39,429 bases of DNA from Candidatus Bilamarchaeaceae archaeon (GCA_035290745.1 DATDTS010000070.1:1-39429), one strand, 5' to 3'; numbered from the stretch's first letter, positions 17,892 to 27,296 are shown. The notes: a model not told the origin generated them from the letters alone. Numbers and translations: made by a program.

Positions 17892-19130
17892 ATGTCTGAT
17901 TTAAAAAAAACTGATGAAGCAATTTATAAACTGGTTCAGGATGAGTTACATTACGAACAAAAAACACTAAGGCTAATCCCATCTGAGAACTATGCATCAA
18001 AAGCAGTCTTAGAAGCTACAGGTTCTGTTTTTGCTAATAAATACGCAGAAGGTTACCCTCATAAAAGATACTATGCAGGACAAAAATATATTGATATGGT
18101 TGAAGATCTGGCAATTGAAAGAGCAAAAAAATTATTTGGGGTGAAATTTGCAAATGTTCAGCTAAATTCCGGTTCTCCTGGAAATATGGCAGTGTATTAT
18201 TCACTTATGAATCATGGAGATACATTCATGGGTTTGGAATTATCTCATGGTGGCCATATAACCCATGGTTTGAAAATTAATTTCTCCGGAAGTGAATATA
18301 ATGCGGTTTCTTACCAGCTTAACAAAAAAACCGAGAAATTAGATTTTGATGAAATCCGGAAACTTGCTGAGCAACATAAACCAAAATTAATTGTTTGTGG
18401 TTATACTGCTTACCCATATCAAGTTGATTTTAAACAATTTAGAGAGATTTGTGACGAGATTGGAGCTTATTTACTTGCAGATATTTCACATATTGCAGGT
18501 TTGATTGTTGGTGGGGTCCATCCATCACCAGTTGGAGTTGCAGATGTAATTATGACTACTACTCATAAAACATTAAGAGGCCCTAGAGGAGCCGTAATAC
18601 TAACAAATAATGAAGAAATTGCTACTAAAATAGATAAAGCAGTTTTTCCTGGGTTACAGGGTGGTCCACATATCCATTCAATTGCTGCAAAGGCGGTTTG
18701 TTTTCATGAAGCAATGCAGCCAGAATTCAAGAATTACACTCATCAAATTGTAAAAAATGCAAAAGCATTGGCTCATCACCTTTCTTCTTTAGGTTTGAGA
18801 TTAGTTGGAGGGGGAACCGAAACTCACCTAATTTTGGTTGATGTAATGTCCTCAAAAAATATTACAGGGAAAAAAGCTCATGAAGCATTAGAAGAAGCTG
18901 GAATTATTGTTAATAAAAATACCATTCCATACGACACTCAAAAACCGTTTATTGGTTCAGGAATAAGAATCGGAACTCCTTCTCTTACCACGCGTGGAAT
19001 GAAGGAAACTGAGATGAAACTTGTTGCAGAACTAATGGTAAGAGTTCTTGATAATGTTGATGATGCTAAATTAAAGGAAGAGGTAAGAAAAGAAGTTGAA
19101 GAGTTATGTTCAAAGTTTCCAATTTACTAG
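17892..19130 (+). CDS. glyA: serine hydroxymethyltransferase
   Basis: Motifs LIPSENYAS and TTTHKTLRGPRG (PLP lysine). The ATG at 17892 (MSDLKKTDEAI..) fits the family N-terminus. The track start at 17868 is possible. Confidence 0.9.
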   Translation: MSDLKKTDEAIYKLVQDELHYEQKTLRLIPSENYASKAVLEATGSVFANKYAEGYPHKRYYAGQKYIDMVEDLAIERAKKLFGVKFANVQLNSGSPGNMAVYYSLMNHGDTFMGLELSHGGHITHGLKINFSGSEYNAVSYQLNKKTEKLDFDEIRKLAEQHKPKLIVCGYTAYPYQVDFKQFREICDEIGAYLLADISHIAGLIVGGVHPSPVGVADVIMTTTHKTLRGPRGAVILTNNEEIATKIDKAVFPGLQGGPHIHSIAAKAVCFHEAMQPEFKNYTHQIVKNAKALAHHLSSLGLRLVGGGTETHLILVDVMSSKNITGKKAHEALEEAGIIVNKNTIPYDTQKPFIGSGIRIGTPSLTTRGMKETEMKLVAELMVRVLDNVDDAKLKEEVRKEVEELCSKFPIY

Positions 19131-20030
19131 TATATCAACTATCTCTTCTCTAGTTTTAGCTGAACAAACCTTATCTCTTAATTTTCTGGCACCTTGAATT
19201 CCTTTAATAAATTGGAGTGCTTGGCCTTTTATATCTCCTGAATTCCTTCTGATGTTCTTTTCATCAACGATTTTTATATAATCTTGAAATGCCTTGATTC
19301 TCATTTCTGGTGTAATCTCAAAATCATTCTCTTTTTTGCATTGTGAAAAAACAAATGGATTTCCAAGTGCACCTCTACCAATTAGAACAGCATCACATTT
19401 TGTATACTCAAACATTTTCTTGGCACTAGAATAATTAACAACGTCCCCATTTCCAAACAAAGGGATTGAGATTGCCTGTTTTATCTCTTTTATCTTGTCC
19501 CAATCCGCTTGACCCGCATACCCTTGTCTTAAGGTCCGTGCATGTACCGCAAGTGCTTTTACACCTGTTTTTTCAATGACTTTTGCAATCTCTACAGCGT
19601 TTTCTTTTGTCGATGTTCCCAATCTCATTTTTGCGGTTACCGGTTTTTTTATAGTTGAGACCAACTCCTCAAGAATCTCCTTAATTGTTTGAGGATTATC
19701 TAAAAGTGCTGCACCACCACATTTTTTTGTTATTTTTGGGGCAGGGCAACCAAAATTAACATCTATGACATCTGCCTTTTTCTCTAATTTTTGGGCAGCC
19801 TTTACCATTACTTCAGGATATGGCCCAAAAATCTGGATTGCACATGGCCTTTCTTCTTCTGAAATGAAAGTCATTTCTTCGGTTTTCCAGTTATCCCTAA
19901 CTACTGCTTCAGCTGAAACAAATTCTGTGACAACATAATCTGCCCCATACCTCTTGCATAATAATCTAAAGGCAGCATCAGTAAAACTAGCCATTGGAGA
20001 TAGTATATACCTTATATTGGAAAAATCCAT
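19110..20030 (-). CDS. dus: tRNA-dihydrouridine synthase (Dus family, FMN TIM barrel)
   Basis: Motifs ILSPMASFTD, IDVNFGCPAPKI, AVHARTLRQGY and NGDV. Convergent 21-nt overlap with glyA. Confidence 0.8.
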   Translation of the reverse strand: MDFSNIRYILSPMASFTDAAFRLLCKRYGADYVVTEFVSAEAVVRDNWKTEEMTFISEEERPCAIQIFGPYPEVMVKAAQKLEKKADVIDVNFGCPAPKITKKCGGAALLDNPQTIKEILEELVSTIKKPVTAKMRLGTSTKENAVEIAKVIEKTGVKALAVHARTLRQGYAGQADWDKIKEIKQAISIPLFGNGDVVNYSSAKKMFEYTKCDAVLIGRGALGNPFVFSQCKKENDFEITPEMRIKAFQDYIKIVDEKNIRRNSGDIKGQALQFIKGIQGARKLRDKVCSAKTREEIVDILVNWKL

Positions 20031-20149
20031 ATCATAACAGAGGTTAAGAAGAATTTATAACGGATTTCATAGTTGCGTCAATTTTTGTTAAAACTATGAA
20101 AGACCATTAAAAACAACACATTTATAAATATTAATATGCCTATATAAGT

Positions 20150-22432
20150 ATGGTAAACGTGGCAGTTGCATCCAGATCTGAGGCTCAAGGTTCAAACTCT
20201 CAACCCCATAGAAGTCGTTTAAGAAGAGCATTTCCAACTATTCCTGATATATTACAATCAAGACGCGTAAGAAAGTTATACGAGGAAGCATACTTTTCAG
20301 CTAGAGATATTGATTTTTTGAGACAAGTTGTAGATAAAGGACATGGAAACAAGAAAGTTGCTCTATTTTTGATTGACCTTTTGGATAAACATTCTGATCC
20401 AAGTGAAGCCCTTTTAGCAAAAGGAATTAGAACTCAATTTGTTAAACTTTATGAAACTCTCTCTCAAAGAGATCAAGCTAAAGTGTTTAAACAATTAGCA
20501 GGAAAATTTGCAACTGTTGATTATCTCTGCTCACAAATATCTGTTCGAGGAAATTCTGATGATGTTAATTTAGTTCTTTCTGTTGCAACTGCTTCAGCTG
20601 GAAATGCAAGAGTTGCTGTTCAAGTTTTGCAAATTGTTAAGAAAATGACTACTTATAATGTTAGAAACTTAATTCGTTTAGCTGATACAAATCCAACTGA
20701 ATTGGATGCTATTGAGCATATTCAGGCTAAGAGAGATGCTGAAATCATTAAAGGCACAAGAGAATCAAAACAAGATGATAAGATAACAGATGATGAAATT
20801 GCTATAACCAGAAGAGAACTAAAAGAAAAAGCAGAGCAAGCAAATGCTAGAGCCAGAGAGATTCAAGCAAGTCTAACTTCATTTACCAATCAATTTTCCT
20901 TTAGGCTTACTCAAATATTTATTGGTATTTTTGCTTCTGAAGGCCTATCCCAAAAAGAGATATACTCTCTTTTTGGTAGAGTTATTAAAGAATTTCTAGC
21001 TTCAACAAGACCAGATCGCGTTCAAGAAGTATATGCATCAAGACTTGGTAGAGCTTTGGAATATGTCGGTAATCACTGTGGTATTGTTTATGCTCAAATG
21101 CTTGACGATCTTGACGGAACGTTACAACCTTTATATCGTAGACAAGAAGAAGTTATTGAGAACAGATTTGATAGATACAAAGATAGAACTATTCTAAGAC
21201 TAGTCTGCGCAAGGGTATCATGGTCATTTGATAAGCCTATGGTTGACATGCCTGTTGATGAAATTCAAGATATTCCTGCGACTAAAAAATTTAAACAAGT
21301 TAATGTTAAGAGAAAAACAATTGAATTTTTTGATACACTATTTAAGAATGATGCTACAGCTAGTTTTGCAATTGAAGCAATGCTTAGTGTTCCAATAGGA
21401 AGACAACATCTTGATGAACTAGCTTTAACTTCTGGTGATCGGCTTATACAAATCATGAGTAAAATGAACGAGGAACAAATAAAAGAAACATTGGTAGGGT
21501 GGGTTTTTCCAATCGGAAGAACAGAACAAGCAGAACCTCAAGCTTATAACCCTAATCAAGCAACAAGAGCAGTTCTTGCATTTAATATTATCCAAGCTAG
21601 ACCTGTTTCTAATGAATTAAAAAATGCTGCATTAAGTCAAATCTCTAATCAAAGAGAAGATGTTTTTTCAGCAGCAATTGACGCATGTTTTGCCCATAGA
21701 ATGACAGCAGTTATACCAAGAGTTTATCAAGTAGTTTCTCATGATCACAGATTAGAATGGAAGAGAAAATATGTTGGTTATTTAGTTTTCTTTGCTAGAA
21801 CTGAGAATGAAGAAGCAAAAGCTAGAGTTAAAGATGTTCTAAAAGGACAAGACAAAGTTGCAATAGTAGCTGCAACAGACTATTGCAAAGATTATGCATT
21901 AACATTTGCAATTCCTGAATTATCTAATCTTGCTCTGGCTGGAAGAAGGTCAAAACCATTAATAACAAGAGCAGAAAGAACACTTATCTCATTTGTTAAG
22001 CTTGGAATTGATGAGGCAAATGTGCCAGTAAGAAAAGTTATAAATGGCTTACAAAGAACTGCTTTAATCGGAAGAACCGATGATCAAAGACAAGTTGCAT
22101 TAAATAGATTAATTGAATATTCAGATGGTGGATTAAGTTTTGCTGAACAATCTGTATTGTCAATTTACAGAACTTTAGAAAGACAATCCGAAAGAGGGCA
22201 ACATTGGAAAGCAAAAAGAAAAAGGAACGGAGTTCCAGATAAATTACAAGAGGCAGTAGCTAGAATATATTCTAGAAGAAATGGAAGACCAAATGAAGTT
22301 TCACCAAATCAAAGTCCTTTTCAACCAACAACCGCATCTGCACAAATAGGAATTGTTGTTATTGGCGGAACACCATTCATGGGAATTCTAACCCGTACTG
22401 GAGGAAAAGGTTCTGAAATTCTTGGAGGATAA
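20150..22432 (+). CDS. large all-helical hypothetical protein (760 aa), no recognisable domain
   Basis: Long uninterrupted ORF with an ATG start 25-35 nt downstream of an ATTTATAAATATT box. Arg/Gln/Ala-rich, unlike the Lys/Ile/Asn-rich neighbours. The C-terminal stretch IGIVVIGGTPFMGIL is hydrophobic. Confidence 0.6.
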   Translation: MVNVAVASRSEAQGSNSQPHRSRLRRAFPTIPDILQSRRVRKLYEEAYFSARDIDFLRQVVDKGHGNKKVALFLIDLLDKHSDPSEALLAKGIRTQFVKLYETLSQRDQAKVFKQLAGKFATVDYLCSQISVRGNSDDVNLVLSVATASAGNARVAVQVLQIVKKMTTYNVRNLIRLADTNPTELDAIEHIQAKRDAEIIKGTRESKQDDKITDDEIAITRRELKEKAEQANARAREIQASLTSFTNQFSFRLTQIFIGIFASEGLSQKEIYSLFGRVIKEFLASTRPDRVQEVYASRLGRALEYVGNHCGIVYAQMLDDLDGTLQPLYRRQEEVIENRFDRYKDRTILRLVCARVSWSFDKPMVDMPVDEIQDIPATKKFKQVNVKRKTIEFFDTLFKNDATASFAIEAMLSVPIGRQHLDELALTSGDRLIQIMSKMNEEQIKETLVGWVFPIGRTEQAEPQAYNPNQATRAVLAFNIIQARPVSNELKNAALSQISNQREDVFSAAIDACFAHRMTAVIPRVYQVVSHDHRLEWKRKYVGYLVFFARTENEEAKARVKDVLKGQDKVAIVAATDYCKDYALTFAIPELSNLALAGRRSKPLITRAERTLISFVKLGIDEANVPVRKVINGLQRTALIGRTDDQRQVALNRLIEYSDGGLSFAEQSVLSIYRTLERQSERGQHWKAKRKRNGVPDKLQEAVARIYSRRNGRPNEVSPNQSPFQPTTASAQIGIVVIGGTPFMGILTRTGGKGSEILGG

Positions 22433-22434
22433 AT

Positions 22435-22881
22435 TTACTCCTCAGCCTTTTTGAACAATTTAACTGTTTTTGTTTTTACACTAACTGGAATAGGAACCGT
22501 TACTTCAAGCAACTCAACAGTTATTTCATCTTTTGCTTCATCTACTCTAAGTACTTTTGCTCTTTCTCCTTTAAATGCACCTGAAGCAATTTCAACTATA
22601 TCCTTTACTTCAATTACTACTGCTGGTTTTGCAGTTGCTTTGATGTGCTTTTCCAATTCATTTAAAGGTGTAACTTTTGGCAATAATCCTTTAACGTGTT
22701 TTACTTTTTGTATTAGTTTTACTACAGAATTTTCTTCTTGTCCTTCGATAAACAAATATCCTTTTATAGAATCAACGTAGACAATAGAATAAATATTTGG
22801 TTCTTCTGCCCTTGCTTTTTTTGTTAAAATTTCGGCAATTATTTTCTCTTGTCCTGATGTAACTCTTGCTGTGAATATCAT
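22435..22881 (-). CDS. spt5: transcription elongation factor Spt5 (archaeal NusG)
   Basis: NGN domain (IFTARVTSGQEK.., GYLFIEG) plus KOW motif (GDIVEIASGAFKGERAKVLRVD). Confidence 0.85.
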   Translation of the reverse strand: MIFTARVTSGQEKIIAEILTKKARAEEPNIYSIVYVDSIKGYLFIEGQEENSVVKLIQKVKHVKGLLPKVTPLNELEKHIKATAKPAVVIEVKDIVEIASGAFKGERAKVLRVDEAKDEITVELLEVTVPIPVSVKTKTVKLFKKAEE

Positions 22882-22894
22882 CTGTTTTTACACC

Positions 22895-23059
22895 TCAACC
22901 TATTAACCCAAACACAAAAGCCACTATAACCCCTATAAATCCAATTACAATAGCTCCCAAAGAAGTTACCTTTGAAACTTTCTTATATTCTTCTGGTGTT
23001 GGTTTTCTGGAAGTATGTATTATCCTTACACATCTTTTTAAAAGTTCTTTTATTTCCAT
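22895..23059 (-). CDS. secE: preprotein translocase subunit SecE/Sec61gamma (54 aa, not in the ORF track)
   Basis: My translation of the minus strand is MEIKELLKRCVRIIHTSRKPTPEEYKKVSKVTSLGAIVIGFIGVIVAFVFGLIG, stop at 22895-22897. It has a single C-terminal TM helix. It sits in the conserved position between ftsZ and spt5. Confidence 0.7.
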   Translation of the reverse strand: MEIKELLKRCVRIIHTSRKPTPEEYKKVSKVTSLGAIVIGFIGVIVAFVFGLIG

Positions 23060-23068
23060 AATATCATC

Positions 23069-24265
23069 TTACCCTACAATATCTAAATCAAGTCCTTCAA
23101 GTTCTTCATCAAAGTTTTTTGACTCCTTTTTTGTAAATTTAACTCCTGCTAAAACAATCAATACTCTCATTGATGATTTCTTTATGTTTTCCTCTACTCT
23201 TGCACCCCAAATTATATGCGAATTAGGATTAATCCTTTGTGATGTTTCTGCAACTACGTACTCAGCTTCCTTTAATGTCATATCTTCTCCACCAATTACA
23301 TTTACAAGAGCCTTTGTGCACGAATCAATTTGTGCATCAAGTAATGGTGAGTTAAGTGCAGAATCAATTGCAATTCTTGATCTGTCTTCTTTTTTAGTAT
23401 CAAGTGAAGCCTCTCCAAGTCCAATTACTGCATATCCACCATTTGATAATATAGTCCTAAGGTCTGCAAAATCAACGTTCATCAATCCAGATTTTGTTAC
23501 CAACTCGGCGATACCTTTTACTGCACCTGCTAGAACCTCATCGCACACTTTAAATGCAGTGTTCAAAGGCAAATCAGGGACTAAATTTAGTAATTTATCA
23601 TTTTTTATTACAATCAAAGTGTCAGTATACTTTTTTAATTTTTCAAGTCCATTCATTGCATTCTCCATTCTTATCTTTCCTTCTGATGCAAATGGAAGTG
23701 TTACAACTCCTATTGTGAGTGCTCCTGCAGCCTTTGCTTGTTCTGCAATTATCGGAGCACTTCCAGTTCCTGTTCCTCCTCCAAGTCCACAAGTAACAAA
23801 CACCAATGAGCCACCATCAACTGCTTTTTTTATGTCTTCTGCTGCTTCTTTTGCTGCTTCTTCACCTATAGCTGGATCGCTTCCTGCTCCCTTTCCACCG
23901 CTTATTTTTCTTCCTAAAATAACCTTCTTGTTTGCTCTTATCTTAAGCAAATGTTTTGCATCTGTATTCATTGCAATTAAATTAATGTCCTCAACGCCTA
24001 ATTGAAATAATCTATCCAATGTATTACTTCCGCTTCCTCCTGCACCTATAACATATATTTTTTGTTGATTTTCTTCTATGAATTTAAGTATATCATCATT
24101 TGGATCTGATTCACTGCTTACATCTTTTATTATTTGCTTATTTTCTTCTCTCATCTCTTTCTCTTGTTGAACTGGTTTTTTTGTTTCTGCTATATCGCTG
24201 ACTTCTGTTGTTTCAGCTATAATCTGATCTTCTTGGCTCTTTTGTTTTTGCGATATTTCTGACAC
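23069..24265 (-). CDS. ftsZ: cell division GTPase FtsZ
   Basis: Tubulin signature GGGTGTGSAPIIAE plus NTDAKHL and VIGAGGSGSN. Acidic N-terminal extension. Confidence 0.9.
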   Translation of the reverse strand: MSEISQKQKSQEDQIIAETTEVSDIAETKKPVQQEKEMREENKQIIKDVSSESDPNDDILKFIEENQQKIYVIGAGGSGSNTLDRLFQLGVEDINLIAMNTDAKHLLKIRANKKVILGRKISGGKGAGSDPAIGEEAAKEAAEDIKKAVDGGSLVFVTCGLGGGTGTGSAPIIAEQAKAAGALTIGVVTLPFASEGKIRMENAMNGLEKLKKYTDTLIVIKNDKLLNLVPDLPLNTAFKVCDEVLAGAVKGIAELVTKSGLMNVDFADLRTILSNGGYAVIGLGEASLDTKKEDRSRIAIDSALNSPLLDAQIDSCTKALVNVIGGEDMTLKEAEYVVAETSQRINPNSHIIWGARVEENIKKSSMRVLIVLAGVKFTKKESKNFDEELEGLDLDIVG

Positions 24266-24376
24266 CTTTAATCACCTATAAAAATAGATGAGTAATAATT
24301 GAAGCAAAAGATATTTATAACTATTTATACCTTTGTTTTGTTTTAGGTCAATTTAGGTACTTAAAAATAGAAAAAT

Positions 24377-24488
24377 CGCCCCCACTGGGATTTGAACCCA
24401 GCTTCCAAGATCCGCAATCTTGTGTTCTTTCTGTTTTTCAAGCCTTTAAAATCATAAACTTGGAATATCCAGGCTATACTATGGGGGC
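24377..24488 (-). tRNA. tRNA-Arg(GCG) with a roughly 41-nt insertion at a non-canonical site (between positions 26/27 and 30/31)
   Basis: Minus strand. Acceptor GCCCCCA pairs with UGGGGGC, followed by discriminator G. D arm GUAU-AGCCUGG-AUAU. Intact anticodon arm CAAGA-UUGCGGA-UCUUG with U33 and G37. T arm CUGGG-UUCAAAU-CCCAG. The 41 nt between the D arm and the anticodon arm must be removed to give a 71-nt tRNA. Confidence 0.7.
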
Positions 24489-24623
24489 ATTGCATTACCA
24501 TAAAATTAGAATATTTAATAAATTAAATCTTTACTACCCAAATAACACAAGAAAGCCAACTAGTGACACCACAAGATCTCTCTTGGTTTGACGTTACTAA
24601 AATTTCTTTCCTCTGAGGAAAGG

Positions 24624-24631
24624 TTTAAATA
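24624..24631 (+). promoter_or_regulatory. TATA-box-like TTTAAATA preceded by a purine-rich BRE-like AGGAAAGG
   Basis: Matches the archaeal TATA consensus as I know it. It lies about 120 nt upstream of the aEF-1beta start. It could serve that operon or a short RNA ending at the T7 run at 24707-24713. Confidence 0.3.
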
Positions 24632-24749
24632 CCTAATGCTATTAAATGTACTTCCTTATTAGCATGCAGGTGTTGCTAGTATCGAACCGTCTAAAAGGTT
24701 CATAAATTTTTTTGGGTGATTACTAAAATTATTGCCCAAAGGTGAATTA

Positions 24750-25010
24750 ATGAGTGAAGAATTTAATGTATCAGTTACAGTAAAAATCTATCTTGAAGAT
24801 TTTAGTAAAGTTCAAGAGGTAAAGAAAGAACTTTCAAAGCGTTACAAGGTTGTTAAAACTTGGGAAGAAGAGGTTGGCTTTGGAATAAAAGTACTAAAAG
24901 CCTTGTTATTGTTACAGGATAGTCAAGGAGGATCAGATGCATTGGAAGAATTTTTAGTAGATCTTCCTGAAGTGAGTCAAGTCCAAGTAGAAGAAGTATC
25001 AAGAGTTTAA
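24750..25010 (+). CDS. ef1b: translation elongation factor aEF-1beta
   Basis: 86 aa. The sequence VSVTVKIYLED..EEVGFGIKVLKALLLLQD..GGSDALEE is typical of the family. AAAGGTGAA lies before the ATG at 24750. Confidence 0.8.
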   Translation: MSEEFNVSVTVKIYLEDFSKVQEVKKELSKRYKVVKTWEEEVGFGIKVLKALLLLQDSQGGSDALEEFLVDLPEVSQVQVEEVSRV

Positions 25011-25020
25011 AGGTGTATTT

Positions 25021-25656
25021 ATGGGATTACCAAAGAAAAGAGAGAAAAAAGAAAAAGAAACAAAAAAGAAAGCAGACAAAAAGAAAAAAGATGAAACAAC
25101 AACTGGTTTTAAAGGAATTGTTAGAATCGCAGGCAAAGATATGAAAGGTGAAGTCCTGCTCAAGAAAGCTGTTTTACGTATAGCTGGTGTTGGTGCTACG
25201 CTTGGTGCTTCAGTTATTAGGGTACTCTCAAGTGAACTTTCTATTCCAGGAACTACTCAAGTTGGTAATCTAAGCGATGATCAAATATCAAAAATTGATA
25301 ATGTTCTCTTTAATCTACATGATCATAATGTCCCTAAATTTTTGTTAAATAGACAAAAAGACAAACTAGGAGGAAAAGACATTCATGCTGTTATGAATGA
25401 TCTTGATTTTGTATTTAGACAAGATATAGAAAGTGAGAAGAAGCTATTTACTTGGAAAGGGTATAGGCATGCTTTTGGTCAGAAAGTTCGTGGTCAAAGA
25501 ACAAGGAATACAGGAAGAAGGGGCATGGCAGTTGGTGTATTAAGAAAAACAATACAAGCAGCAGCCGCAGCAGCTAAAGCAACAGACCAAAAACCAGGAG
25601 CAGCAAAAGAAACAGCAGCACCAAAAGCCGATGAGCCTTCTGCTAAGAAAAAGTGA
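25021..25656 (+). CDS. rps13: 30S ribosomal protein S13 (uS13) with Lys-rich N-terminal and Ala/Lys-rich C-terminal extensions
   Basis: Core sequence FKGIVRIAGKDMKG.., GYRHAFGQKVRGQRTRNTGRRG. The extensions are MGLPKKREKKEKETKKKADKKKKDE and AAAAAAKATDQKPGAAKETAAPKADEPSAKKK. Confidence 0.9.
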   Translation: MGLPKKREKKEKETKKKADKKKKDETTTGFKGIVRIAGKDMKGEVLLKKAVLRIAGVGATLGASVIRVLSSELSIPGTTQVGNLSDDQISKIDNVLFNLHDHNVPKFLLNRQKDKLGGKDIHAVMNDLDFVFRQDIESEKKLFTWKGYRHAFGQKVRGQRTRNTGRRGMAVGVLRKTIQAAAAAAKATDQKPGAAKETAAPKADEPSAKKK

Positions 25657-25667
25657 GGTAATTTATT

Positions 25668-26261
25668 ATGGGAGATCCACCAAAACTAAGAAACAAGTAT
25701 TCTCGTCCGCAGCGATTATGGGATGTTGACAGACTCAAAAATGAAAAAGGACTTAAGCGCGAATTTGGTCTTAAAAATATGCGAGAGTTGTGGATGACTG
25801 AAACACAATTAAAAAAATATAGAAGAGAAGCTAGAAGATTATTAGCTCTTACACAAGAGGAGCGGGAAAATAGTGAACAAAAAGTACTATCAAAGCTTGT
25901 TAAATTAGGCGTGCTGAAGGATGGTGCTTCACTTGATGATGTGCTATCATTATCTGTACGCGATTTTCTTGAAAGACGGCTTCAAACTATTGTTAAAAGG
26001 AAGGACATGGCAAGAACAATGGTGCAAAGTAGGCAACTTATTACTCATGGTTTCATTTCAGTGAACGATCAAAGAGTTTCAGTACCAAGTTATCTTGTTG
26101 ATGCAAAAACGGAAGGATCAATTTCCTATGCAAAAAAAATAGATATTGAGCCTCCAACAGCTCCTCAAGATGAAAAGAAAGCAGAATCTACCTCTAACGA
26201 ATCTAAAGAAAATAAACCTGATACTAATGAACCAGGTGAAAATGAAAAACAGGTGGAATAA
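25668..26261 (+). CDS. rps4: 30S ribosomal protein S4 (uS4) with acidic/Lys-rich C-terminal tail
   Basis: [19 protein letters not shown] at the N-terminus. S4 RNA-binding domain ([28 protein letters not shown]). Confidence 0.9.
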   Translation: MGDPPKLRNKYSRPQRLWDVDRLKNEKGLKREFGLKNMRELWMTETQLKKYRREARRLLALTQEERENSEQKVLSKLVKLGVLKDGASLDDVLSLSVRDFLERRLQTIVKRKDMARTMVQSRQLITHGFISVNDQRVSVPSYLVDAKTEGSISYAKKIDIEPPTAPQDEKKAESTSNESKENKPDTNEPGENEKQVE

Positions 26262-26677
26262 TGACTGAAGAAGAAAAAAAACAAGAAAAAAGAAAAACAA
26301 GACATGCATTACTTCATGTTTTCTCATCAAAAAACGACACAATAATCACAGCTACTGATTTGAGTGGTGCAGAAACTCTTGCCTGGGCAAGTGGTGGGAT
26401 GATGGTAAAATCAGATAGGGAAGAAGGAAAACCTTATGCTGCAATGCAAGCTGCAATTAAAGTTGTGAATCTTATCAAAGAAAAGGGTATAACTCATGTT
26501 AATATTAGGATTAGAGCTCCTGGAGGAAATGGCTCTAAAACTCCTGGTTCTGGTGCGCAAGCAGTTGTTAGGACTGTTGCACGTGCTGGAGTAAGAATTG
26601 GGACAATAGAAGAAGTTACTCCTCTTCCAACTGATTCTATGAAAAGAAAAGGTGGAAGGCGTGGTAGAAGGGTATAA
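26261..26677 (+). CDS. rps11: 30S ribosomal protein S11 (uS11)
   Basis: Motifs [39 protein letters not shown] and [22 protein letters not shown]. Confidence 0.9.
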   Translation: MTEEEKKQEKRKTRHALLHVFSSKNDTIITATDLSGAETLAWASGGMMVKSDREEGKPYAAMQAAIKVVNLIKEKGITHVNIRIRAPGGNGSKTPGSGAQAVVRTVARAGVRIGTIEEVTPLPTDSMKRKGGRRGRRV

Positions 26678-26708
26678 GCTTTTGTGCTTATATTTTGGGT
26701 GATGATTT

Positions 26709-27284
26709 ATGGATGTAACCATTGAGAAAGAGCATGAAAAGAAATTTGAGTTTGTTTTAGAAGGAGTGTCTCATGCTTTTGCAAATGCTATTAGAAGATA
26801 TGCTATGAATCGCGTTCCTATTATGGCTATTGATAAGGTTCTTTTCTATGATAACACATCTTCAATCTTTGATGAGTATATTGCTCATAGGATTGGACTA
26901 ATCCCTCTAAAAACACCAAGTAAATTAAGTGAAAACGCTGAAGTAACTCTATCATTGGATCAAACTGGTCCTAAAATGGTATATTCAGGTGATTTTAAGA
27001 GTTCTGATTCGCAAATTGTTCCAGCTATTGATGCCATTCCAGTATTTACCTTATTAGACGGACAAAGATTAGTACTAGAAGGAAAAGCAGTTGTTGGACT
27101 TGGTAATCGACATGCAAAATTCCAATCTGGTATTGTTGCTTATAAGTTTGATAAAGATAAATTTCATTTTAAGGTAGAAGGAATTTATCATATGCCAGTT
27201 AGAGAAATAATCATTAGAGCATGTAATGAGTTCGAAAATGATTTAGATAACCTTTCTAAACTTCTAAAGAAAAAGGCAAAATAA
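26709..27284 (+). CDS. rpoD: DNA-directed RNA polymerase subunit D (Rpo3), short form
   Basis: Motifs FANAIRRYAMNRVP and DEYIAHRIGLIPL. Conserved position after rps11. Confidence 0.85.
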   Translation: MDVTIEKEHEKKFEFVLEGVSHAFANAIRRYAMNRVPIMAIDKVLFYDNTSSIFDEYIAHRIGLIPLKTPSKLSENAEVTLSLDQTGPKMVYSGDFKSSDSQIVPAIDAIPVFTLLDGQRLVLEGKAVVGLGNRHAKFQSGIVAYKFDKDKFHFKVEGIYHMPVREIIIRACNEFENDLDNLSKLLKKKAK

Positions 27285-27296
27285 TTGTGTGATTAC

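Noticed and set aside
23184-24005. 273-aa ORF antisense to ftsZ
   Set aside because: This is a shadow ORF on the opposite strand of a very well supported gene. Its product is Ser/Pro/Ala/Phe-rich and of low complexity.
24377-24488. Reading this tRNA as Ile(UAU) with a canonical 37/38 intron
   Set aside because: That model needs the anticodon stem CCAAG/CUUGG with loop UUUAUG. The intron 3' end (..UUGCGGA) cannot form the central 4-bp helix with positions 33-36. The model also ignores the perfect contiguous arm CAAGA-UUGCGGA-UCUUG.
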